DNA from: Lingula anatina
Lineage: Eukaryota > Animalia > Brachiopoda
Length of the DNA stretch: 64,000 nt
Reading direction: 5' to 3'
Assembly (NCBI GenBank): GCA_051362555.1
Contig: JBPQGU010000016.1
Location: 124,001 to 188,000 of the forward strand
The notes beneath the pieces are model-generated. The model saw nothing but the letters and a program-made list of their open reading frames with translations. It was not told the origin of the DNA and did not search any database. The position numbers and the translations under genes were made by a program. This document shows, piece after piece, positions 39,801-53,300 of this stretch (position 1 is the stretch's first letter; each line of letters begins with the position of its first letter).

Positions 39801-42800
39801 ACTAGGTGGTGGGCACCACAGTGGCGCATGGCAGGCAGGACACCATGTTATTTGCACCACTAGATGGTGGGCACCACAGTGGCACATGGCAGGCAGGACA
39901 CTATGTTATTTGTACCACTAGATGGTGGGCACCATAGTGGTGTATGACAGGCAGGGCACCATGCCTTCTGCACCACTAGATGGTGGGCACCATAGTGATG
40001 ACAATATGGCAGGCAGGATGCTGTGCACTGGGCACCACTAAATTGGAGTGATATTTTGAAGTACAGCAAGGAAGGCCTTAAAGTGACATTTTTGATTTTG
40101 GAAGGAGTAAGGGAATTAATTGAATTTTGAGATTACTTTTTAATAAGATTGTGAAAAATAAAATTGGTACAATTTCAGTTCTTTGATTTAGGCTTTTTTC
40201 CATAGAAATCCCCATACAGTGAATAGCAACTGTTATCTAATCATGAGAATATAAATTAAAAAGTAAGTGACTCTTATTCAAGGCATTGTGAAGATGGAGA
40301 AACCTGTTTGTACTCTGGGGTTGAGGACCATCTGAATCTCTGCCCGTTTGCACATTCTGAAGAGGAACTTGGTGAATGGAATCAGAGAGCCGCACAGAAA
40401 GATGCCTTGAGGAATCTTATGAAAGAGACCAAAGTTTATCCCTACCTCAACCAGGTTTATGAGGATTACTTAGCAGTGAAAGATACAGAAAAAGAAAAAA
40501 ATTTAGTAAGCAAAGCTGATTTTATATTTTCTTCAATACAACAGCTAAAAAAATAAAAATAAATAAAATAAATAAATAAAACCGAGTTATTTGCAGATCA
40601 CTGTCTACCAAAATACCTTCAGGGATTGAGACAACAGGTGTTATGATAGTTTCTGCCTGTAGTGAACTGTCAGCAACTCCCTCTACCATTATTGCAATTA
40701 CATTGCTTTGAAATGCATAAAGACCCATTATTTCATTAGAAAATGATATTTAGAAAACCAAAATATATACATAAGGTAAATTCAGGCTTTACCCCATGCC
40801 ATAAAACTTTACAAGATGCATCTTATTCATTTTGGTAATTTCTGTCTTGCATAATCCATTTTACACCTCATTGTGGTTACATTGTTTCTGATAATATTTT
40901 TAGATTGTGTATGATATGAAAGGTATTGACATCACACCAAATCCACAGACAGAAGATGGCAAGCAACTTCTTCACAAACAGTTTCAAGATAAGATAAAGA
41001 ATGATAAGGGTTACACATTTACTGTCAAAGTAGATACCAGCAAAGTGGTAAGAACTGTAATATTTAGAATCTGCATTTGTGGTATACTTGTGTTTGTATA
41101 CATTTTTAGTAATCTGTGGCACTTCATTTGTAATTGGTGTATTTATTTTCCCTATTTATTGCACCACCAGTGAGAGTGGAGGGGGGTACCATAATTTTAC
41201 CTCCTAACTACCAGCTATATGTAAAAAAAAACAGGAAAAAAGAAAAATTGCTTAGTAGTATCAAAATTTATCCATTTCTAGGATCTGACACTGGAGAGAG
41301 CTTCTCTTTTACTGTTCAAGCACAGAGATCACTTTGGTATAGAGACGGATGGAGGTGACACTGTGCAACTCATCGCTGGAGACTCAGTGTGCAGCAATGT
41401 GGATAACAATACATATGAACTCCGAGTGTTGTTTAAGACCTTCATCTTTGGAACCTTTGAGCAAATTTTGTTACTGGACTTTGGTCAGAGGCCTTTTCTT
41501 GGTGTTTCTTTAAAAGTTGATGTTGGTACTGAACAGGTGTTAAGGAAACTTTTTAAAGTAAGAAAGTTGAAGCAAATGCCAAGAGATCATGTTATTTCTG
41601 ATTACATCCCTTGTGCTAGTAATCCAACTCCTCTGCAGGAAGTTGTGGGAAAATATTTGGAAAACACTTGGGATTCTTCTTATAACTTAACATCACTTTT
41701 TGATAAGAAAGAGTTGAATCGTCATAACTATGTCGGTGTTATGCATCAGCTGCTGATAGAAGAACAAAAGGAGCAGGCTATCCTTGTACAGGGGTATGTA
41801 TGCCCCCATGAAATTAAGGTTTTCTAAAAATGAGTTACTAAGATAAAGAGCATTTTTATATCAAAATTTGGTAAATTTTATAGAAAGAAGTAATTTGTAT
41901 TTTGCACCTCATGTCTCTCTGGTTTTTGGTGCTGTTATATTGTTTATGATAGTAGTTGATCTAGATCTGCAAATTGAACAATGTCAAGTTAATGGTGGAA
42001 ACATAAGTTGATGCCCATTGTTACTAACATGAATGTCATTGATTTGAAAAAATCAGGATTACCCATTTATTTCTTGCAGTTGTAGAATAAAGGCAGGGAC
42101 CGAAGTCATGACACATCTCCCTCCTTCTCTCCACCACATCAGAACAGACAAACACCTCTTTGCTAAAATTACCATGGATGAAAACCTTCTTCAGTTTGGC
42201 AGGGAAACTGTGGAGCTGCTCCTCACTTCAGTTAGCCGAGGTTATATTCAGCTGGTTACGTCTCCAAGTTCAGAGTTTTATGAAGTAGAGGTGTTGAACT
42301 ACCAAGACTTTATAGACAGAGGTCGAACTAGAGACTCCATCTATCTTGCCTTGTCCGACCAGTGTTGCCAAGATCTGCCTTTGATCCCAGACACCTGTAC
42401 ATATTTGACAGTGCAGTTCAAGTTAGATGTGACAAATTTTCAGCTTATGCACTTAGCCCTGGAAAGACTTGATGCAAATCTTGATGTTTTCTTCCCTGAC
42501 TACACTCTTGATCAGCCAATGAGGGACTGCCTACCTGGGGAATTGAAAAAGTAAATATTCGTATACATATACCCCTACCCTGTCTAACGCAATACTTTTC
42601 AATCAATATCTTTCAGTTAAATGCACCAACATATACCTAGATATTATGATGTTTTGTTTGCATTTATTTTGGAAGAAAACTTGGGATCCATAGATTTCAA
42701 TTGTTTGCTAGTTTCTTCAATCTCCCTTTCTAACTCAATAGTTTTCAATCAATATCTTTCAGTTAAATGCATCAACATATACTTAGATATTATGATGAAT

Positions 42801-43581
42801 GTTTTGTTTGCATTTTCTTTGAAAAAAAACATGGGATCCATAGATTTCAGTTGTTTGCTAGTTTCTTCAATCTCTCTTTATGTTATTAATAAATAATTTT
42901 TAACGCTAATTGTTCTGTCAAAATCACTTTTTATAATATAAATTGCACCATTGCAAATTTATTTTATAACATAAATTTCAAATTTGTATGGACATGTGGC
43001 TGTGTATCATTTTGTTATTGTGATTACATTTGTTAATGTAGGAAATTTCAGTGAACAGTTTACATTTTATTATGTACAGACACAATAAGTGTCTGTATGT
43101 ATTCTGATTGGTCTGTCTGTCCGTGCCGTTGCTGTCATTGTCTGACACATGACTTTCACCCCATAACTGCCAAACTGTATTTTTCTTCACTTTAAATTTA
43201 CTAAGTGGCTTTGTTTGCTAAAGAGGCAGGTTGCATTCAAAAATTGGCATGATCAGTTTACATTAACAGTAACTATTGTGGTTTTTTGCACAATTTTGGT
43301 GACATTTGTCCTGTAACATCCAAACCGTATTTTCACTTTACTTTAAATTAATTGAGTGGCTTTGTTTGGCAAAGAAGCAGGTTGCTTTGTATAATGGACA
43401 CAATGGTAATTATTCTGTTTTTTTTTTTTTTTGCACAATTTTGGTGATGTTCGCTCCATAACTGCCAAACCGTATTTTCACTTTTCTTTAAATTTACTGA
43501 GTGGCTTTACTTGTTAAAGAGGCAGGATGCAGCAAAAAATCAGTATGATTGGTTTACATTTATGGTAATTATTCTATATAT

Positions 43582-43616
<35 letters not shown>

Positions 43617-44258
43617 TTTTTCACACTAGCATTTTCAATGGCTTTTATTTCCTGTGGAACCAATAACTTGCTGGTTTTTCAATGTCCATGTTACCTGTAG
43701 TGCATAATTTAAAGATGCATACAAAGTCAATTTTTTGTCACAAAAACCAACCAAATGCCAGCATATAGTTTCAAGTAGTATAGCTAAGAGAATTACCAAA
43801 AGGCATTGTTTAATTTTACCCGAAAATGATGTTTGAACGGATTTTTCTGCTGGCATTCTAAGCTGTATGTCAATGGGGCAGGAAAGTAGATCACGAAAGT
43901 AGGTTAAATTTACAACCACAAATTTAAAGAAAGGAGCAGTCTAAAGGTCTTTTATGGCTGATCGAGTGATCTATTCAGTTTATCCCTTGGCATGTCGAAT
44001 TTATTTGAGTCATATAAGAATCTAGTAGAAGTGGTTTACATGTGTTACTGGGAATCCACGCTCCACCGATGCTCGGTTCGTATGTACCTTTAAGAGAGTA
44101 AAGTTGAGTATGCTGTTTTGATGAATTATGTAACAGTGCATCAAAATTGGCCAAAACATTGTGGTGAACGTTTTTTGGCATAATGTCTGACCTTTTGTCA
44201 GGTTTGCTGCTTATTTTCCTGCATGATGTCTATATATTTGCCAGCTTTGCTGTCTAGT

Positions 44259-44301
<43 letters not shown>

Positions 44302-47300
44302 TTTTTGTCAATTTATAGGATACATGGTCTGGAAGAGAAAAAGTTAGATATATTAAAAAATATACTTTCTGAACCAGTGGGGGATTTGCAGATTCCACCT
44401 ACCATTATTCTTGGTGCATTTGGAACTGGCAAAACATATATTCTGAAAGAAGCAGTGGCACTGCTGATGAAAGATACTTCAAAAAGAGTCCTGATATGCT
44501 GCAAGTTCGATAGGTATTTAATTTTATATCTTGTAATATTTATGAGTACTTTTCTCATTACAGTAGAAGACGGGCAAAATTTCAGGTGCAAAACTATCTG
44601 CAGTTTTGTTTTGACTTTTGTTGTAGATTTGCCTAATTCAGCCATTTTTCTTTTTATACATGTTACAGTATAAAGATGAATAGTGGAAAACAAAATTGTC
44701 AGTAATTTACTTTGTTTAGCCATTGATACTGGAATATTACAAAAATAAATCCCTAGGAAAATCCTGAACTAAAGTTAATGAGACAGTTAAAGTACCAAAT
44801 ATCTAAATTATATTCATAAATTAATAATAGTGATATATAGTTTTAAAGAATACTAGTTTCAGGCTTATATTTTTCTTACTATGATTTTGCCTTTTTTTCT
44901 CCAGTGCTGCAGATCTGTATGTGTCTTTTATTGAACACAAACTGATGGAACACTCCAAACAAGCAAGCAAACGTGACCATCCTCTGAGAATATATGGAAT
45001 AGAGAAAGAGAAGGGTTACAAGGATGTCAAGTACTCAGTTTGTACCAGGCCATCGCAAAAACAGCTTGATAGACATAGGATTATAATAACAACACTGTCT
45101 GCATCCATGCTGTTAAAGTTTGGACCTTCAAAGGCACCGGTTTTTACCCACATTTTCATCGATGAAGCAGGACAAGCATTAGAGCCTGAATTGGTTATGC
45201 CTCTTTCACTTGCTGATCCCAAAACTGTTGTTGTATTAGCTGGAGACAATAGACAACTACTTCCAAAAATATACAGCAGAGTTGCAAAGGACCAGCATTT
45301 TGAAATGTCCCTGCTACAACGTCTCTTTCACCTCAACCTAAAGCAAATGAAAGAAAAAGCTCCAGAAGCAGCAGCAACTGCAAAGAGTGGCAACCAACAT
45401 GTGTTTCATCTCACAATTAATTATCGAAGTACACCAGAAATTTCGCAATTTCTTGGGCAGACATTTTATCAAGGTCATCTTCATTGTGCTGCAGAAATTG
45501 GATCAGATAAAGGTGTTCCTCCTCTCTCATTTTGGGTGACAAGAGGTGAGGAGAAAAGGTCTGGAGCGTCCTACTACAACATACCTGAGGCCAAAGAAGT
45601 GATGATGCGAGTCCAGTACCTTATTGAGAATGGTAAAATTAAACCATCCAACATGGCTGTTGTAACTCCCTATGAAGGGCAGGTAATAATGTAATATGTG
45701 TATGATTTTGTTTCCTTAGTTGTATAATCAGTGATGTTTAATACAGGTTAACAATGTTTTTTTCAGTCCAGAAGCTACATGTATATTTTAGAATATATCA
45801 CAATTGTTTCTTGGTCCAACTCACAATAACTGTTTGTTGATCCTAGTAATTACTGACTGGCAATTACAGTTCAGTTTTGGGCAATACAGTGGAAATGCCT
45901 CAAGTTGATTGGTGCAATATTAGATTCTTCTACAACACATTTTCAAAGGGCTTGATTAGGTTGTTGAAATTCTGAACTTGTAGTCTTGGAGTTTTTAATG
46001 TATTCAGTACCAGTTTATTGACCTGTTTCAGCATTAGATTTTGCTTAAAAAAGAAAGAAAGAAACATGTTTTGTCTCATTTTTATTTTCAGATGCTAGTT
46101 ATGTCAGAAATGCTGGAAGAGAAAGGACTAGGTGCTGTCAAGACAGAAATCGTTGAAAACATTCAGGGTATTTATCAAATAATATGACTATACAGTAGTG
46201 AATGACCTAATTCAAAGAAATGTGATATACATGTATACAGCAATGCCTCAATTTTTTTCAATGGGTGAACATAACCAATTTTTCAGGTACATAATTTTAA
46301 AATCACAAAATTAATAGAAAAGAACTATATAGTAACTTGCTTTTTAATTTGTTGCTACCTCTCATTAGGAATGTTCTAATTTTAAGACATTACGTATGAC
46401 TAAAAAAATACAATATCTGTAACATTTACACTTCCACTCATTGAAAAGATCTGAGTCTGAGTAACTACCATAGTTCTGAGAACAGTGCTTTAGTCACAGA
46501 ACTGCATAAGGTGATTTGTAAGCTTCTAAAGTAGTTTCATTTTCTGTCAAAAGTGTTTTTTGTGGGTACTATTTGAATATATGACATCCTGATAGAATTC
46601 AATATTAGTAAGGCATTTGAAATTAATCAGCAGTATTTTACCTTAGAAACATTTTGCTACTAGGTTATGAACAAAGTTTTTTTTCTCTGTTTCAAGAGTT
46701 GATCTCATGGTATAAGTCTTTTTAAATAATCTGCAGGCAAACTGTCAAAGGGTGATTATTCTAGATCTTATTTTGAAAAGATTAACATAAGATATGAAAT
46801 ATTATTTCTACTAGCTGTAAGATTACTTTGACTTGACATCCAGCATGTTGGGTCTCACCATGGAACATTTTGTATTACAGGTCTTGAGTTTGATGCAATA
46901 ATTCTGAGTACAGTACGAACTTGTAGTGGTGAAACTTCTAGTGGTGCTTTGGGATTTTTGGAGAACAGTCGTCTTCTCAATACTGCCATGGGAAGAGCAA
47001 GGAGGCACATTTTGGTGGTTGGGGATCCTTTCACTCTTTGTAGCATTGGATCATGTCGTACTATATGGAAACACTACATTGATGAATGTAGGGTAAAAAG
47101 TTCATTGTATCCAGATATTGGGTGTGAGATTGTTGAAGAGATTCTTGGTAAAGATTACCAACGTCTGGAAGGCACAGAAAATGGAAAGGAAACTGTAGAA
47201 CATCATGAAACAGCCAAAAGCATCTGCACAGATACGACTGCTAGAGATTCTGGTTACAGTTCAGTGACTGGTTCTGGCGATTCAGAATGTACCTCTGAAA

Positions 47301-50300
47301 TAGACTCAGACAAAGATGACGAATTAAGTGATGAAGAAATCTTCAAAAATTTAAAAAAGCAATGGAAAGATGATGAACAGTTTGTTTCCAGTAAAGAAAT
47401 ATCTTATATCCAAGATGAAATCCATTTTGAGAGAGATGGATATCTTGAAGATGAACATAGCACCAATACCCTACATGATATGAAATTGGATTCATGGTTG
47501 TATCAGACACATAGATATGCCAGGGGTGCAGATGATGAAGAAATGAATGAGGGTGAGGCAGAAGATGAGGATGATGTCAGGGATCTCAATGAACATTTCT
47601 ATGATTTCTTTGTCAAAGGCATAGACCAAAAAGAAAACTATTATGAACATCTTTCAAAGATTGAATTGATGGATATGTTGAAAAGGGAGCCGAGCAAGTT
47701 TAAGATCTGTACTCTTAACATAGAGAGTGCACAGAAAGGGTTTGCAGTGCCCATTGAAAGAAATGAACCAGTTCCCAGGATAAATCTCTATGGTAGAAGC
47801 AACTGTGGGATGGCTTTTGATAAAACTGAGGTTGTTGTAAGGCTCAATAATCCCCCAACATCTGACAAAATCAACTTGGACACCGATTTCCATGGAAAAG
47901 TAATAGGGACATGGAGTCAGGTAAAAGTCAGAAAGTTTACAAAGTTTGTATGTACAGTTGATGAATTCAGAATAGATCTTATGAAACCTTTAAACAAGAC
48001 AGTACCTAAAATACATGTGATGAACCCTACAGGGACTGACAACAGAATTGCAGTTTATTCATCAGACAAAGATGGGAGACTAAATGTCAAGAGATGGGAA
48101 CCAGTAGACCTCCGACTGAGAGACAGCAAGGTTTTTGTGGTCAGGTGTTTGAAGTGGTCCCCTGTCTTCCAGTATCCACTTGGATATGTTGTAAAAGTTT
48201 TACCTGCTGGCACTGACTTCACAAATGCCCAGGAGATATTGAAAATCCAATACCAGTTGTCTCAGAAATTCCCAGTAGATGTTGAAAAAAAGAAGCGAGC
48301 CCTCATGAGAGGTCTCTCAAAGAGATCTCAAAAAGTTCCAGAAGATGAAGAACCCAAAACATCCCATCTTCCAGATGACTTTTTCACAAATAGAGAGGAT
48401 TGTAGGCAGCTCCACTGTTTTACAATTGACCCAAAGGACTCCGAGGACTTAGACGATGCACTATCAGTGGACTTTTGTGAAGATGATACTGTGAGAGTTG
48501 GAGTTCACATAGCTGATGTGTCGGCATTTGTTGAACCAGGGGATCCCATAGATCAAGAGGCAGCTTTACGATCTAGAACCTTTTATCCTGCAGAAATGCC
48601 AGATTCAGACGAAAGAAGCCACCCTGAGAAACCATACCATATGCTACCTACTGAACTTAGCACCAACTTCTGTAGTCTCTTAGAGGGGAAGGACAGAGTT
48701 GCAATATCAGTATTTTTCAAATTTGATAAAAATGGGAACATCACCATTGGCAGCAATATTGATGACCTACCTGGTACGCCAAAAATTAAAAGGACAGTCA
48801 TACGATCAAAAAGGCAGTTGTCATACAAAGATTCAGAGGACATTCTCAGGGACTCTGAAAAAGAGATGGGCAGTTATCTGACAGACAGTTTAATCTTTCT
48901 GCACAAAGCAGCAGAACATTTACGCCACAATCGTCTCAAAGAAGCTGCAAAATTTGTGCATGCTGATGGCAAGGAGTCACCTATGTCAGAGCGAATCATT
49001 GGAGAATTCATGATTTTGACAAATGCAACAATAGCAAAAATTCTGACTAAAACATTTAGATATGTACCTTTACGAGTGCACTTTCCACCAGATAAAGAAA
49101 CTCTAGCTGATTGGCAAAACCAGTATGGTGCCATAGCAGAACTAACATCTTATCTGAGTCATTATGTGAAGGAACCGCAAACTTCGCCAGAGTTCATTAC
49201 AGTCAGACAACAAACTTGGCAGAAGATGATCAGTCTTGCGGAGAGCACAGAAGGGCTGTCAGATCTGAAGAATTGTCTTGCATCTGAGGAGGACTACCCA
49301 ATGCAGTTCTGTGCCATGGCAGCTTGGTTTGATGTGCAACGACCAGCACGCTATGTCATCTCAGACCCAAATGATTCTGATGCAGACTATTCTCACTTTG
49401 ATTTGAATGTCCCCATTTACACCCAGGTCTCCTCACCGATTCGCAGATATATGGACCTCATTGTCCAACGTCTGCTCTGTGACATGTTGGATGGAAAAAC
49501 AAAACCAACTGAACCTTCGTACAACAATTTGGAAAGTATGCAGCAGATTTGTTTGTTGTACAACGAGAATTCACTCAGGGAAAAAATGTTCAGCAAAGAC
49601 TGTAAAATTTTGAAAATAAGTCTGGAATTGCAAAAGAATGGCCAGGCATTGTACTCACCAGTTGTCACAAAAATTGAAGAGTCTTCTTTAGCATTAAATA
49701 ATCCAGCCATGTCTTACCTTCCAAGAAAGTATTCCACTATAAAATATGGAACCCTGGGTTTAATGGATGTCCCAGTTCGTGGACAATACAATGATATATG
49801 CTTCAAATGGTCCAAGAGACTTTACAACAAAGAATATGAGACGGCCAAATCAACATTTTTACCTTCCAAAATGGAGAGGGATTTCAAACTGTATCCATTT
49901 CAAAGTGAGGTTTTAGTGCCAATTGACTGTTGGATTAAATTGCAAAATACTTCATTTTGGTTTTCAGACAAATTGAAAGGTACGTTGCATAGCATACAAG
50001 AGTACAATTATAGAAAACAAGAAGCATATCCTAGTTATGTGTCTGGAGACATGTTTGTACACGAGCAGACAAGCAAGAAGGGCAGTCACGGCAAATCTCT
50101 CGTCCTCCCAGAATGCAAATTAGCATTACACTTAACAACAGGAAATGTGTTGGAAACCCTGATGTATTCATGTGTTGAGATGGGGAAACTGAGACCTTTT
50201 GTGAGTTTACTTGGCATTACTCCGCACTTCAAAATCTGCTTGTCACATAGGGAGGACCCAGTCAAAATGTTTTCAGATCCTCTGGCTGCACATCCATTGA

Positions 50301-53300
50301 TGGACAAATATGCAGGAATTGAACATTACCAGAATGTGATTCTTCCAGTCCTGGCAATAGAGTCTGCAGCCTGTGCTGTGGCCAATGATGAAGCTGTTAC
50401 TATCCAAAATGTAAGCATTGTGTGGGAGGCAAAGGAGACTGAAAACAAAACTGTATACTATGGAACATTTACCCTTGGGGATTTATTTTGTGAAGAGCGT
50501 AATATTGAGTTCTTCCATGAGGAAACTGATTCCAACTTGGAAGAAGATAACGAAGTGATTGTGGACTGTGGACAGTATGGTGATTATATCTGTGTAATCT
50601 ACACCAGGATGAACAAATCTGAGGAGACAAAACACTCTTCTTTCCCATGTACCAGTATTGCCAAATGCGACCCTATTTGGTGTGGCCATGGTCTATTGAT
50701 CACAGTAGGAAAGAACAAGAGGGTGTTGTTCAGATTACTTGGTGAGAATATTCCAGGTGCCATTCTTGAGCAAAGTGATAGTGAAGATGGAGATTTCAAG
50801 TGCTGCGTGGAAATAATCCAGAAGACCCTTCCTAACAGGTACATGAAATCATCCATCCATTTTCCACCATGGCTAGATATGTGTATTCTTTCTTCATTGT
50901 GACAATTGCTGAATATTTGTTTCAGAATTTGTCAGAAACCATTAAGCCATACACCTTGCCTAGATATTATTGAATCCACTTCTTTTAATTTCTTTTATAA
51001 ATATCTGTATTTGTTCCATCTTTTATGTTTAGTTTAATGTTATTGTTGTTTTATGTTTTAAGACGCATGGAAGGAGCTGTGCATGAATTAGCCAAAGCCA
51101 CGGATCTTGCCCAGAGCATAGCCATTGGAAACCTATTACCTGAGGATTCTAAACCCGAAGCTTGTAAGCCTCATTCATAAATACATACACCAACATTAAT
51201 TTTTACAGCAAAAATACTTCAGAATAATCTTGGAAATTTATACACACTTCCTTTCATAATACTTATGAAATATGTGCAATTTGAGGATTACCTTTTCAGG
51301 ATACTGTTAGTGTTTGCCAAAAATTCAGAATCCTTATTTACTGCCTTAAATTCTTTTGGATAACAGATAAATCTTCAGTGTTCAATAACTTAATTAATTA
51401 GCATTTACACACATCATCTTACAGTTGACATCATAATTGCAGTTTTAGGGTAAAATTGGAAGAATTATAGTTTCTCAAATACCTGAGCACTTAAGAATAC
51501 TGTTTGAATGCCAATTAAATGGTACCATTTTGTAATCTAAAACTTTTCTTGAAACCCTTAGTTCAGATTTTACCATTGATAAAACAAAATAATGCCCTGG
51601 CTTAATGAAAATCTGTAATCAGGGGCTCATCACTCCATAACAAAAGCATTTAAACCTGAATGATGGCATGGTATTGAAGCCTATACACTTGCTGTCAACT
51701 CTGCCAATGTTCCAGATAAAATCTTTTCTAAAGATGAAGTTACACTCCATACCGATTGCTTCAATAAAAGGAAAGTGGGAAATTGATGATCAAGAGAATT
51801 AATTAAATTTGAGACTTATGTGATGTATTTATGGTATTATGTTTTTTATTTTAATTTCACTTTTTCAGTGACTGGCCCAAGCATGGAGGAGTTCATAGAC
51901 AGAGAAAATAATTTTTTGAAAAGATACTTGCCTCGCCTCAATGAAAACCAGGAAAAAGCTGTATGCCAAGCTCTCTCAAGACCTTTTACACTTATTCAGG
52001 GCCCTCCAGGTTTGTTCTCTTTGCGAAATTATCTATAGTAATTACAGTCACTGTGGTGCTTTCTTTATAGCTACAACTGACATCAGTGTTATTTGAACTT
52101 AATTATTTCTAGTATTCATGAAACAAGGGCCTCCAACTCTTGGGGGATTTAAGATAAGGTTTGCTTTTCTGGGTGTTGGATTCCGATGCGAAATCATCGT
52201 GCATGTGACAAAATGGTAGATGTTGACCAAAATGTCATGATTTACTTAATTATTATTTAGTCTCTAAGTAAAGAATAATTCTGTTTTATATAGCAAAAAT
52301 CAGAGCCTTTACATGTGGCATGCGGGATGCATATATGTAGTGGAGTTCAAGTAATGTCTGCTCTTAGGTGGTTATAGTAGAAACAGAGTGCATTAATAAC
52401 AGAGCTGAAGATATTCTATATGTCATATTTAGAAAAATTGAAATGGATGGGTAGATTAAAGATAGAATAAAAATTCTATGAATAACCATTTACTCAAGAA
52501 ATATGGCTAGCTTTTAACAGAATGGGGATAAATATGAATATAATAATATGCTTAACTTATCTTGGATGCAGGTACAGGGAAATCGTGGACAGGGATACGG
52601 ATTGTATACCTTTTTGTGAAGTGGAATGAGGCAACAAGAAGTGGGTCGGACCCAAAGCAAGTACTCTATTGTGGACCGTCAAATAAATCTGTGGATGTGG
52701 TAACAGGTGCATTTATAAAAAGACACATTCTTTCCAGATAAAGAAGTGGATCTTTGTACAACTTTTTGACACTACAGTTATTGTCTCTGATGAAATGTTT
52801 CTTTATGCAGAGTTTTTAGGAAAAAATTCAATTGATAACTTTGATATTTTAGTCTGTTTGATTTTAAGAGATATACCAAAATTGTTTGTGGCACTTTAGG
52901 TTTGCTGAAGAAGAAGTTCAACCCAAGGCTGTACAATAAAGATGATCAACGACCGTCAGTTTGCCCTAAGATTGTCAGAGTATATGGAGAAAATGTTGTT
53001 CAACGAGAATTTCCTGTCCCTCTGGAACAAACAAACAAAAGCGAAAGATCTACAGATTCCATGCAGCATTCGGAACATAGTGATGTTGCTCTTCACCACA
53101 TAATAAGGCACCATACCAACCCATATGCAAAACAAATAAAAAAATATGATGCTGAATTTGGTAAATATTTCAAAAATCCAAAGAATTTTGATGCAAAAAG
53201 ACTTGAAAATGATATGAGGAGATATAGAGATTTGGTGAGCAAAGCAGAGGAGCATGAACTTCGCCACCATGATGTGGTGCTTTGCACATGCTCAGTGAGC

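Noticed and set aside
47654-50856. Antisense and alternate-frame ORFs over the large exons (also 36315, 44313, 52956, 60577, 1369)
   Set aside because: Shadow ORFs of real coding sequence with no motifs or splice support.
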